A stretch of 64,000 nt of DNA, taken from NCBI GenBank assembly GCA_963750165.1, contig CAVVPN010000001.1, positions 352,001 through 416,000 on the forward strand, given 5' to 3'. Position numbers and translations under genes: made by a program. This document shows positions 39,568-48,464 of the stretch, in pieces. The DNA is from an uncultured Gemmataceae bacterium. Lineage in GTDB: Bacteria; Planctomycetota; Planctomycetia; Gemmatales; Gemmataceae. Positions within the stretch are counted from its first letter, which is position 1. Each line of letters starts with the position of its first letter. The notes under the pieces are model-generated. The model was not told where the DNA came from and ran no database searches. It saw only the letters and a list, made by a program, of their open reading frames with translations.

Positions 39568-40080
39568 GTGTACAAGGTTTGTGGGTTCTTGATGCTCTGC
39601 GCTCTGCTGGCGGGACTGACGGGTTGTGGCGCCAGCCAACGCGACCAGGAAATCCGTCACGTTATTGAACTTATCAGCAACGTGTCGTCCACCTACCGGA
39701 CCCTCAAGGACGACCTGAACAAGGCCAGCGACAAGCATGAGAAGGACAAGAAGCCGCTGACCGAGGAGGACTGGCGGCCGCTTGTCGTCAAGGCCGAGGA
39801 TCTGAAAAAGATCGCCCAGGAAGTACAGGCTTACAAGGGCCACCTGGACTCCTTTCGCGACAGCACTTCCGACGAGCAGAAGCGCCGCTTCGCCGAAAGC
39901 TATGGCGTTGATTTCCGCGACCGCGTGCTGGAGGTGGACCGCGAGGAGCGCGCCTACCACGTCGCCTTCAACCGAGCCTACGACCTGTCCAACGACCTCG
40001 GCAAGGAGGAGGCCGACAAGTTGCGCAAGACAGTCAAGGACGGCAAGGACGTGTTCGATCTGCTGACCAAGCAGCGCTGA
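39568..40080 (+). CDS. Helical lipoprotein
   Basis: GAGGAG RBS; LTG-C lipobox. Confidence 0.7.
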   Translation: MYKVCGFLMLCALLAGLTGCGASQRDQEIRHVIELISNVSSTYRTLKDDLNKASDKHEKDKKPLTEEDWRPLVVKAEDLKKIAQEVQAYKGHLDSFRDSTSDEQKRRFAESYGVDFRDRVLEVDREERAYHVAFNRAYDLSNDLGKEEADKLRKTVKDGKDVFDLLTKQR

Positions 40081-40127
40081 CGTCCGCGGGGTGGGCCGCC
40101 GCCACTCGGTCCGGGGAGACTGGGGTC

Positions 40128-40541
40128 ATGAAGACTCGAACCGTCATGGGGTTGCTGACGCTGGCGGCTGCCGGCCTGCTGGTCCTGGTCGCGCCCGGCC
40201 AGACGCAACCGGCTGGCCATGAAGCTGTCCTCAAGGACATGCTGGCCACGCTCGGCGACATCAACAAGACGCTCAAGACCGTCAAGGACGAGGAGACCGC
40301 CACCGCCGCCCGGCCGCCGTTGCGCGACGCGGCCAAAAAGTTGCTGGCCCTGCGCAAGCTGGCCGACAGCCTCAAGCAGCCCGAAAAACAGGAAAAGGAC
40401 CGCCTGGAAGCCGCCTATAAAGTCAAGATAGAGGACGCCCTGAAGACGCTGCAGAACGAGAGCATCCGCGTCAAGGCGATCCCTGGCGGCTTCGCGGCGG
40501 TGCAGGAAATCGCCGTCGCCACCAGGAAAAAGAAGCAGTGA
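40128..40541 (+). CDS. Secreted helical protein
   Basis: Signal peptide; LKTVKD..TA motif. Confidence 0.7.
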   Translation: MKTRTVMGLLTLAAAGLLVLVAPGQTQPAGHEAVLKDMLATLGDINKTLKTVKDEETATAARPPLRDAAKKLLALRKLADSLKQPEKQEKDRLEAAYKVKIEDALKTLQNESIRVKAIPGGFAAVQEIAVATRKKKQ

Positions 40542-40999
40542 GGCCCCGCATGCGCCGCCTGGTGCCCGGACTGCTGCTGACGGCGGCGCTGCTGTGTGGC
40601 TGTGGCGGCCAGCAGGACGGGTCGAAGCCGCACAAGCTCAGCGCCGCCGAGGCGAGCGACGCCCAGGCGTGGATCGATTTCACGCGCCGCCAGATCGCCG
40701 TCAAGCGCGAAATGGTGGGCATCCTGAAAACCGTCAAGGGCGGGCCATCGATGCAGGCGGCGCTGGACGCGCTGCTCAAACTGGAGCCGAAGGCCGAGGC
40801 GGTGATCCAGGAACGGCACCGCCTGCCGGTGCTGTCCGCCGCCGCCAACGATCACTACCGGGAAACCTGCGCCGAAGAGTTGGCGGACGTAAACGCGGCC
40901 GAACAGGAGCAGGTGCGGCGCATCGTTCACGACGTACGCGACGGCCCCGCATTTTTCGATACCTTGAAAGCGAAGCTGAAAACCCTTCGGTCCCCGTGA
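40538..40999 (+). CDS. Helical lipoprotein
   Basis: LCG-C lipobox; ILKTVK motif. Confidence 0.7.
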   Translation: MRPRMRRLVPGLLLTAALLCGCGGQQDGSKPHKLSAAEASDAQAWIDFTRRQIAVKREMVGILKTVKGGPSMQAALDALLKLEPKAEAVIQERHRLPVLSAAANDHYRETCAEELADVNAAEQEQVRRIVHDVRDGPAFFDTLKAKLKTLRSP

Positions 41000-41030
41000 C
41001 CGCTTGACACACCTGCCTGTGGAGCTACCG

Positions 41031-41637
41031 ATGAACCGACGGTGGTTGGCCTGCTGTCTCCTGCTATGCACCGGCATCGTGGGTTGTGGCGATTCGCCCA
41101 GCCTCATCATGCGCGACACCATGACCACGGAGAACGAGTTGTGCGACCTGCTCTGCAAGGTCCCGGACAGCGACAACGCCGATGAGGTCGCGGAGGAGAT
41201 TTCCAGACTCAGGATCAAGCCGTTCAAGGAGAAAGCGGATAACTTCAGCCACCGGTCAAAAGTCTTCCAGCCGAACGACAAGGAGACCAAGAAGGAGCTG
41301 TTGAAGGCGGCCGACTTCTGGAAACCGGCGTTCGATGCGGTGGGCGCGCGGCATCCCCGGCAGCCGGGTCTACGTGGTGATCGAACGGCTGAAAAACATC
41401 GCGCTGCACCGGGCCCAGGCCCGGGCGGACGAGATCAAGGCCGGAGGGGGGCAAGCCAGGGTGGGAACCGAGGGACAGTTTGCGAACGAGGTGGAGGCGT
41501 TCGCCCAGGTCGGCAAGCGGCTGGAGATCATCGATCCGGAAAAACTGTGCCCCAACATCTACCAGCTCATCAAGGACACCGAGGGGACGGGCCTGGACGG
41601 TTTCAAGGTGGTAGAGGTCAAGAAACAGGGCGAATGA
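41031..41637 (+). CDS. Lipoprotein (frameshift ~41356)
   Basis: IVG-C lipobox; continues in the frame of ORF 41335-41637. Confidence 0.6.
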
Positions 41638-41660
41638 TCCCGAGTCGCCTGGCCTGTTCT

Positions 41661-41710
41661 TGAGCCCGCAGCGCCAGCGCGGGATGTCCCGCACTGGCGC
41701 TGCGGGCTCA
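41661..41710. repeat. REP-like palindrome (CCCG-AGCGCCAGCGCGGG family; also 44079-44138 and 6241)
   Basis: tgagcccgcagcgccagcgcggga..tcccgcactggcgctgcgggctca. Confidence 0.75.
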
Positions 41711-41817
41711 GAAAACAAGAACCGCGCCGCGGCGGGATTGGCTACAATACGTTTCGACAACTAACTGGACCGTCGCCCGCGGACCTACGCCGCCAGTTCG
41801 CCGAGGGAACCCGACTC

Positions 41818-43011
41818 ATGATGATCCCGATCTCCCGGATGGCCGCTGCCGTGCAGCCCTCCGCCACCCTGGCCGCGGGCGCCAAGGCCCGCCAGCTGAA
41901 GGCCGAGGGCGTCAAGGTTTACGACTTCAGCCTGGGCGAGCCGGACTTCAAGACGCCCGAGCACATCTGCCGCGCCGCCTACCAGGCCATGCAGGACGGC
42001 CACACGCACTACACGCCGGCCACCGGCATCCCCGAGTTGCGCAGCGCCATCGCCCGCCGCTATCAGAAGACGCACGGCCTGGCCGTCACGCCCGAGCAGG
42101 TCATCGTTTCCAACGGCGCCAAGCACTCGCTGCACAACGCCCTGGCGGCCCTGGTCGGCCCCGGCGACGAGGTCATCATCCCGACGCCCTACTGGGTCAG
42201 CTACAGCGACCTGGTGCAGATGACCGGCGCCGCCTACGTGCTGGTGCCGACCACTCACGAGAGCGGTTTCAAGATGACGCCGGCGCAGATCCACGCCGCG
42301 CTGACGCCGCGCAGCCGTCTGGTCATGCTCAACTCGCCGGCCAACCCGACCGGCACTGTCTACACGCGCCAGGAACTGGAAGCCCTGGCCGACGTGATCC
42401 TCGACAGTCCGCTGGCGGTGCTCAGCGACGAGATTTACGAGCGGCTGGTGTTCGGCAGCGCTCGCTCGACGTGCTTTGTGACACTGAGGCCGGGGCTGGC
42501 GGAGCGAACCGTCACCATCAGCGGCGTCAGCAAGAGTTACGCCATGACGGGCTGGCGCATCGGCTGGTCGGTGGGGCCGCTGCACGTCATCAAGGCGATG
42601 GGCAACGTGCAGAGTCAGGAGACGAGCAACCCGTGCAGCGTCAGCCAGTACGCGGCGCTGGCGGCGCTGGAGGGCGATCAGGACTGCGTGGAGCGGATGC
42701 GCCGCGAGTTCGAGGCGCGGCGCGACCTGGTGTGCCGGCGGTTGGCGGCGATGCCGGGCGTGCGCTGCCCGCTGCCGGAAGGCGCCTTCTACGCCTTCTT
42801 CAACGTGGCGGCGCACTTCGGGCAGACGCTCGGCGGCAAGAAGGTGACCGATTCGGCGAGCTTCTGCGCCGCGGCCCTGGAGAGCGCCCACGTCAACCTC
42901 GTGCCCGGAGCCGCGTTCGGCGCCGAGGGCTACGTGCGCCTGTCGTTCGCCGCCAGCCGTGAGACGCTCACCGCGGGGCTGGATCGGCTTGAGCAGTTTT
43001 TGAATACGTGA
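41818..43011 (+). CDS. aspC: PLP-dependent aspartate aminotransferase (class I)
   Basis: GEPDF, NSPANPTG, DEIY and SKSYAMTGWRIG motifs. Confidence 0.9.
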   Translation: MMIPISRMAAAVQPSATLAAGAKARQLKAEGVKVYDFSLGEPDFKTPEHICRAAYQAMQDGHTHYTPATGIPELRSAIARRYQKTHGLAVTPEQVIVSNGAKHSLHNALAALVGPGDEVIIPTPYWVSYSDLVQMTGAAYVLVPTTHESGFKMTPAQIHAALTPRSRLVMLNSPANPTGTVYTRQELEALADVILDSPLAVLSDEIYERLVFGSARSTCFVTLRPGLAERTVTISGVSKSYAMTGWRIGWSVGPLHVIKAMGNVQSQETSNPCSVSQYAALAALEGDQDCVERMRREFEARRDLVCRRLAAMPGVRCPLPEGAFYAFFNVAAHFGQTLGGKKVTDSASFCAAALESAHVNLVPGAAFGAEGYVRLSFAASRETLTAGLDRLEQFLNT

Positions 43012-43107
43012 GAAGTCAAAGGTCAGAAGTCAGGAAGAGCGCTAAGCCGCAAGCGGCAGAAAAGCCAATCTGACCTCTGGCCTCTGACTTCTGACCTCTG
43101 ACTTCTG
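43012..43107. repeat. Inverted heptamer (TCAGARG) tandem repeats with an embedded REP half
   Basis: agaagtcaaaggtcagaagtcag...ctgacctctggcctctgacttctgacctctgacttctg. Confidence 0.7.
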
Positions 43108-43120
43108 CGGAGGGGACGAT

Positions 43121-44077
43121 ATGGGCCTGCTGCTCCTGACCGAAGACGACGTCCGCCAGCTGCTGACCATGGACATGGCCCTGGAGGCGGTCGAGGAAGG
43201 GCTGCGCCGGCTGGCGCTGGACGAGGCGGCCAACATCCCGCGGGCCCGGTGCCAGACCGATCACGTCATGCTGCACACCCTGTCCGCGGCGGCCAAGACG
43301 CTCGGCGTCGCCGGCCTCAAGGCATACACCACTGGCCGCAAGGGCGCCTTTTTTTTGGTCACGCTCTTCGACGGCAAGACTGGCGTGCCGCTGGCGCTGC
43401 TCCAGGCGGACTACCTCGGCCAGGTGCGCACCGGGGCGGCCAGTGGCGTCGCCACGCAGTACATGGCCCGGCCCGACGCCTCCGAGGTTGGCCTGTTCGG
43501 CACCGGCAAACAGGCACGCACGCAGCTCCAGGCCGTCTGTCGGGTGCGCAAAATTCGCCGCGTGCAGGTCTACAGCCCCAACGAGGAGCACCGCCGCCAC
43601 TTCGCCCACGAAATGTCGGCTGTCGTCGGTTGCGAGGTGGCGCCGGTGCCGCGGCCCGAGCTGGCCGCCCAGGACAAGGACATCGTCATCACCGCCACCA
43701 ACAGTCGCGAGCCCGTCCTCAACGGCCACTGGCTCGCCGAGGGCACGCACCTGAACGTGGTCGGATCCAACTTCATCACCAAGGCCGAGGTGGACGCCGT
43801 CGCCGTGCGCCGTTGCAACTCGATTGTCGTCGATAGCAAGGACCAGGCCCGGTTGGAGGCCGGCGATTTCGTGCAGGCCCAGGAGGACGGCTCCATCAGC
43901 TGGTCGGACATTCACGAACTGGGGCAAGTCATCGTCGGCCGCTACACCGGCCGGGCCCACCCCGAGGATGTGACATTGTTCAAGTCGCTGGGCATCGCCA
44001 TCGAGGACGTGGCCGTCGCCGCCCGTGTTTACGCCCGGGCGCAGGCCGCGGGCATCGGCCGCGTTATCGAGTGGTAG
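43121..44077 (+). CDS. Ornithine cyclodeaminase/mu-crystallin family protein
   Basis: RTGAASG, GTGKQA and FKSLGIAIEDVA motifs. Confidence 0.9.
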   Translation: MGLLLLTEDDVRQLLTMDMALEAVEEGLRRLALDEAANIPRARCQTDHVMLHTLSAAAKTLGVAGLKAYTTGRKGAFFLVTLFDGKTGVPLALLQADYLGQVRTGAASGVATQYMARPDASEVGLFGTGKQARTQLQAVCRVRKIRRVQVYSPNEEHRRHFAHEMSAVVGCEVAPVPRPELAAQDKDIVITATNSREPVLNGHWLAEGTHLNVVGSNFITKAEVDAVAVRRCNSIVVDSKDQARLEAGDFVQAQEDGSISWSDIHELGQVIVGRYTGRAHPEDVTLFKSLGIAIEDVAVAARVYARAQAAGIGRVIEW

Positions 44078-44150
44078 GTCGGAGCCCGAGCGCCAGCGCG
44101 GGGCAAACTTGGCCCCGCGCTGGCGCTCGGGCTCGGACACGGCAGCGCCG

Positions 44151-45602
44151 TCATTTGCCGAGGGTGGCGAACAGTTCCATCAATTTGCGGTTGAGTTGCT
44201 TGAGCGTCACCGGCCGCACCAGGACCGCGATGGCGCCGCGGGCCTCGACCTTTTCCACCCAGCCCGCCTGGCTCTCCGACAAAATCAGAATGCCGGCGCA
44301 GGGGTGCTGCAGCCGCTTGGCCTCGGCCACAATGCGGTCGAACATGAACATGCCGTCCTGGCCCGTCGTGCCCGCGTCGATGATGAGCGCGTCATACGGC
44401 TGCTGGCGGAAGCGGTCGAGGGCCCGCATCGGGTCGGCGGCCAGGAAGACGCGGTAGCCCAACTCCTTGAACTTCTCGCGCAGCGCGTGCTGCAAGCGAT
44501 CATCGCTCTCGGCAATGAACAGCGACCGCACCACCGGGCCGGCGTCGGCCTTGCTCTTGCCCTCCAGGTCGCGGCGCACGTCGCGGATGGCCTCCAGCAA
44601 CTGCGAGGGTGTCTGATAGCGCTCCTGGGGGTTGAGCGCCATCATCGTCTCGACCAGGTGGAACACGCTGGGCGGCCCCTTGACCTCATCCTTGCCAATC
44701 GGCTTGACGTTGCGGAAGCGCTCGCGGTTCATGCGGGAGCGGGCGTCCCTGGTCGCCTCCAGCGGCGGCCGGCCGGTCAGCAGTTCGTACAGCACGCAGC
44801 CGAGGAAGTAAATGTCGCTGCGGATGTCGCCCGGGATGACGCCGGTCGCCTTCTCCAGGCCGGCGTAATCGACGGTGCGATCAACGTGCAGCGGGTCTTC
44901 GGTGTCCCTGGCCGAGAGGGCCGCGGGCTTCGGATTGTGTTCGCCGGCCAGGCCGAAGTCCACCAGCTTGGCGGTGCCCTGGCTGGAGATCAGCACGTTG
45001 GTCAACTTCATGTCGCGGTGCGAGACGCCTTTCGAGTAGGCGTGCGCCAGGCCGGCGATGGCGTCCTCCAGGATGCGCAGCGCCTCGGCGGGTTCCAGCT
45101 TCTTGCGGATGGCCAGGAAGTCGCGGAGGTTGCCGCCCTCGACGAACTCCATCACGATGTAATGCTGCTTGCCGACGGGATCGCGGTGGACGGCGAGGAT
45201 CTCGACGATGTTCGGGTGGCGCAGGGTCATCCCCATTTTGCCCTCGCGCTCGAACAGTTCGATGTTGTGTTTGTCGTCGCTCCACTTGCGGCGCAGCACC
45301 TTGAGTGCCACGACGGTGCCGGTGCGCGGGTCGTCGGCACGGTAGACGCGGCCGAAACTGCCCGAGGCGATCTTGTACAGCAGCCGATAGCCGCCGAGCA
45401 CGTAACCGTCGGTGTCCCCCTTGAGGAGCTTGCCGGTCTGGAACGGGGTCAGGATGTTGCGCCGCTCCATGACGCGCAGCCACGGTTCGGGCTCGCCGCC
45501 GCGCTGCCCGAGTTCCGCCCAGCCCTCCTCGGCCTGGTCCGGCGTGATCAGCCCCAGTTTGACCGCGAACTGGGCCAGTTTAGCTGCGTCAGCCGTCGCC
45601 AT
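44151..45602 (-). CDS. Hanks-type Ser/Thr kinase with C-terminal receiver-like domain
   Basis: SGSFG, ALKVL, HRDMK, DFG and SDIY motifs; C-terminal (beta/alpha)5-like IAESD..LIIDA. Confidence 0.88.
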   Translation of the reverse strand: MATADAAKLAQFAVKLGLITPDQAEEGWAELGQRGGEPEPWLRVMERRNILTPFQTGKLLKGDTDGYVLGGYRLLYKIASGSFGRVYRADDPRTGTVVALKVLRRKWSDDKHNIELFEREGKMGMTLRHPNIVEILAVHRDPVGKQHYIVMEFVEGGNLRDFLAIRKKLEPAEALRILEDAIAGLAHAYSKGVSHRDMKLTNVLISSQGTAKLVDFGLAGEHNPKPAALSARDTEDPLHVDRTVDYAGLEKATGVIPGDIRSDIYFLGCVLYELLTGRPPLEATRDARSRMNRERFRNVKPIGKDEVKGPPSVFHLVETMMALNPQERYQTPSQLLEAIRDVRRDLEGKSKADAGPVVRSLFIAESDDRLQHALREKFKELGYRVFLAADPMRALDRFRQQPYDALIIDAGTTGQDGMFMFDRIVAEAKRLQHPCAGILILSESQAGWVEKVEARGAIAVLVRPVTLKQLNRKLMELFATLGK

Positions 45603-45789
45603 GGATTCTCACCGTCCGGAAGCAGCCCGCAGAAACCATTCGCCAACACCCTTGTCCCATTTTACCTAACCAGGGCGCCGTGCCAAGCGAAACTCTGCGC
45701 TGCGCCGACAGGTGAGTGACGCCGCTTACCCCCGAGCGGGTCCTGGCCGGGCGCGGCGGCGCGGCATACAACCGCGGTGTTGAGGGAAA

Positions 45790-46037
45790 CGGTGTCAGGG
45801 AGAACTAGCTTGGTGCTCTGCACCGTGGGCGATGTTGCGTCGCCCGAGCGGTTTGTTTGCGATTCGTCTCAGGGAAGGCTGTTTCAGGCTCGCCGTGGCC
45901 GTCGGGTTCGACTCGGGCGACGTCGGCCTGGGACAACCCCGCGGCCCGTGGTTCCGACATCGCCCGAGTCGAACCCGACGGCCGCGAGCCCGTGAGCCTT
46001 CCGTGACCCAAGCGGAGAAGTAGGTCTCCCGACACCG
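45790..46037 (+). ncRNA. Retron-type msr-msd ncRNA, unit 1 (Mx162/Sa163-like)
   Basis: Terminal IR 45790-807 / 46021-37, predicted branch G45808, two msr hairpins (45812-24, 45827-45), long msd hairpin with a 30-bp stem 45897-926 / 45954-83. Confidence 0.8.
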
Positions 46038-46310
46038 CAGCGCGGACGGCCCGCGGCGGAGAACTAGCCCGGTGCCCTGCACCACGGGCGGCGTTGCGCC
46101 GCCCAGGCCGTTTGTCAATCGTTCGTCTCAGGGAAGGCTGTTTCAGGCTCGCTGTTCGGGTTACCCGATGAGGTAATTCTCATCAGCCTGGAACAACCGC
46201 GCGGCTCGCGGTTCTGATGAGAATTACCTCATCGGGTAACCCGGCGAGCCCGTGAGCCTTCCGTGACCCAGGCGGAGAAGTAGTTTGATGCCGTTGGGTC
46301 GTCCGCGCTG
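46038..46310 (+). ncRNA. Retron-type msr-msd ncRNA, unit 2
   Basis: Terminal IR 46038-66 / 46281-310, predicted branch G46067, msr hairpins (46071-83, 46086-104), perfect 30-bp msd stem 46157-86 / 46214-43; followed by T6. Confidence 0.8.
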
Positions 46311-46488
46311 TTTTTTCCACAGTCCTTCCTTGACCGCCACCCACCCCGGCCGCCCAGCAACGAGAGCCCCGTTTACATTCCGCGCGGACTCAGCGCGCGC
46401 GAAACGGAGTGCTTGTTGACCGAGGGCGCGCGGCAGGGTCATCGGGTAGAATGGCCGCAGCGGTTTTCGTTGGCACGAGGAGCGAATC

Positions 46489-46782
46489 ATGAATACGTCG
46501 GTAACTGTGCAGGGGACACTGAAGCCCGATGGGACGCTGGAGCTGGATACCCGGCCAGAACTGCCGCCGGGCCGGGTCAGGGTCGTACTGCAACCACTGC
46601 CCGCCTCAGCAACAGCGCAGGAAGACTGGTGGCAGTACCTGCAGCGCGTGCGGGCCGAACGAGAAGCCGCCGGCTACCCTTTCATGAACGAGGCCGAAAT
46701 GGCAGCACATCTTCAGTGGCTGCGGGAGGATGACGACCGCATTGAGCGCATCTACCGGGAAATGGGGCAGGAGCAGTCCTGA
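46489..46782 (+). CDS. Putative antitoxin
   Basis: GAGGAG RBS; VQGTLKPDGTLEL..LPPGRVRV; TGATG coupling to the PIN gene. Confidence 0.7.
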   Translation: MNTSVTVQGTLKPDGTLELDTRPELPPGRVRVVLQPLPASATAQEDWWQYLQRVRAEREAAGYPFMNEAEMAAHLQWLREDDDRIERIYREMGQEQS

Positions 46783-47184
46783 TGCGCGTTTACTGCGATA
46801 GCGTCATCTTGATCTACTACCTGGAAGGAACGCCGCCGTTCAAGGCCCGGGCAGCGGCCCGGTTGGCGGCCTTGTGGGCCGCCGGAGACACGGTGGCGGT
46901 CAGCGACCTGGTCCGGTTGGAGTGCCGGATGCAGCCGATCCGATTCGGAAATACTTCTGCCCTCGCCGACTACGACTTGCTATTCGCCCAGCCCAATGTC
47001 GAGTGCGTACCCATCACGACGGCCGTTTTCGACCGCGCCACGTTGATCCGGGCCGCCCTCAATTTCAAGCTTGGCCGACTCCCTCCACCTGGCGGCCGCC
47101 GTCGAGTCCGGCTGCGACCGCTTCCTGACGAACGACACGCGGCTGTCCCGATTCTCCGACATCGCGGTGGAAGTGCTGCCGTAA
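46782..47184 (+). CDS. vapC: VapC/PIN toxin (frameshift ~47071)
   Basis: YCDSVILIY..ECR, then ADSLHLAAA..FLTND in the shifted frame; stop at 47182-84. Confidence 0.8.
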
Positions 47185-47322
47185 ACAATCGGCGGCCTCT
47201 GGCCTTTCTCCTTGACCCTGCCACCCGCGGCGGTGACAATCCACCCAGCTACCGGGGTGGTTCGCGACGGGGCAATCGCCTCGGCTCCTGGTGGCCCTGT
47301 CCATCTCGAAGGAGCCCTGTCA

Positions 47323-48072
47323 ATGACCAGGACGACAGCAACCGTGCTGGCGGCGATCTTTCTGGCCGTCGTGGCGACGAGCCTGCGGGCGCAGCAGACC
47401 GACAAGGAAAAGGAACTCGCCAAACAAAAAGCGGCGGCGGACAAGGCCCGGGAAGCCGACGCCCGCGCCCAGAACTTCAGCAACCTCAAACAAATCGGCA
47501 TCGCCGTCCACGAATTCTACGACAAGCAACAGACCCTGCCGCGGCACGCCATCTACAGCAAGGACGGCAAGACGCCACTGCTCAGCTGGCGCGTGGCCCT
47601 GCTGCCCTACCTTGACGAGAAGGCGCTGTTCAAGGATTTCAAACTCGATGAGCCGTGGAACAGCCCGCACAACCGCCGGCTCATCGCCAAAATGCCGAAG
47701 GTGTATGCGCCCGTGGTTTCGGGCAAAGCCGGCGCGGGCAAAACCTTTTACCAGGTCATCACCGGCCCCGACACGCTCTTCGACGGCACCAAAAAAATGA
47801 AGCTAACGGACATCCGCGACGGCACCTCGAACACCATCCTGGCGATTGAGGGCAAGAACGCCGTCACCTGGACCGCCCCGGAGGATGTGCCGCTGCCGCG
47901 GGGCAAGGGTCGGCTGCCGGCCATCGGCGGGCAGTTCAAGGATAGCATCGCCGTCCTGTTCGGCGACGGCTCCGTCCACACCATTCGCCCTGATCCGCCG
48001 GTCGAGGTGCTGCGTGCGGTGATCTCGCCCGCGGGCGGTGAGGTGGTGGATCCGCAAAAGCTGGAGCGGTGA
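47323..48072 (+). CDS. DUF1559 domain secreted protein
   Basis: NLKQIGIAVH, LSWRVALLPY, DGTSNTI and LFGDGSV motifs. Confidence 0.88.
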   Translation: MTRTTATVLAAIFLAVVATSLRAQQTDKEKELAKQKAAADKAREADARAQNFSNLKQIGIAVHEFYDKQQTLPRHAIYSKDGKTPLLSWRVALLPYLDEKALFKDFKLDEPWNSPHNRRLIAKMPKVYAPVVSGKAGAGKTFYQVITGPDTLFDGTKKMKLTDIRDGTSNTILAIEGKNAVTWTAPEDVPLPRGKGRLPAIGGQFKDSIAVLFGDGSVHTIRPDPPVEVLRAVISPAGGEVVDPQKLER

Positions 48073-48110
48073 CCGTGGCGAAACCAAGAACCAGTGGCGG
48101 AAAGAACAGT

Positions 48111-48399
48111 CTTCGTTCGCAGTACCGCCTTTAGAGCGAGCGGTTCACGCACGGTTTGCGCACAAGTGGCGGCGGGCACGGGCTGACCTCCAGCGGCCTG
48201 CGCTGCCACAGCAAGGGGGCCAAGGGAGCCAAGGGGGCCAACTTTTTCACACGTCGAGATTCGAGCCTGGGAGCGGCTCGCGCAGTTTGCAGGACGGCTC
48301 GGGAGCACTGGCCTGCCGTTCGTGGGCCACACAACTGCGAACCGCGCTAGGCGGAATCGGACACGCAGATTCCGCCTAAAGGCGGTACTACGAACGAAG
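48111..48399. repeat. REP palindrome interrupted by a ~215-bp MITE-like insertion
   Basis: cttcgttcgcagtaccgcctttag ... gcggaatc..gattccgcctaaaggcggtactacgaacgaag; the insert carries the repeat shared with 18193. Confidence 0.55.
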
Positions 48400-48464
48400 C
48401 ACTCAGAGGACGCTCGCTTTCCGCCACAACTTGTAACGACCTGTCGAAATCAAAGGAGCCATTC

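Noticed and set aside
45790..46310. CRISPR array, riboswitch tandem or simple REP/MITE
   Set aside because: The units are ~250-270 nt and the variable part is self-complementary rather than a spacer. There are no cas genes or TSDs. Each unit has its own closing stem and msr-like hairpins, which fits retron ncRNA much better.
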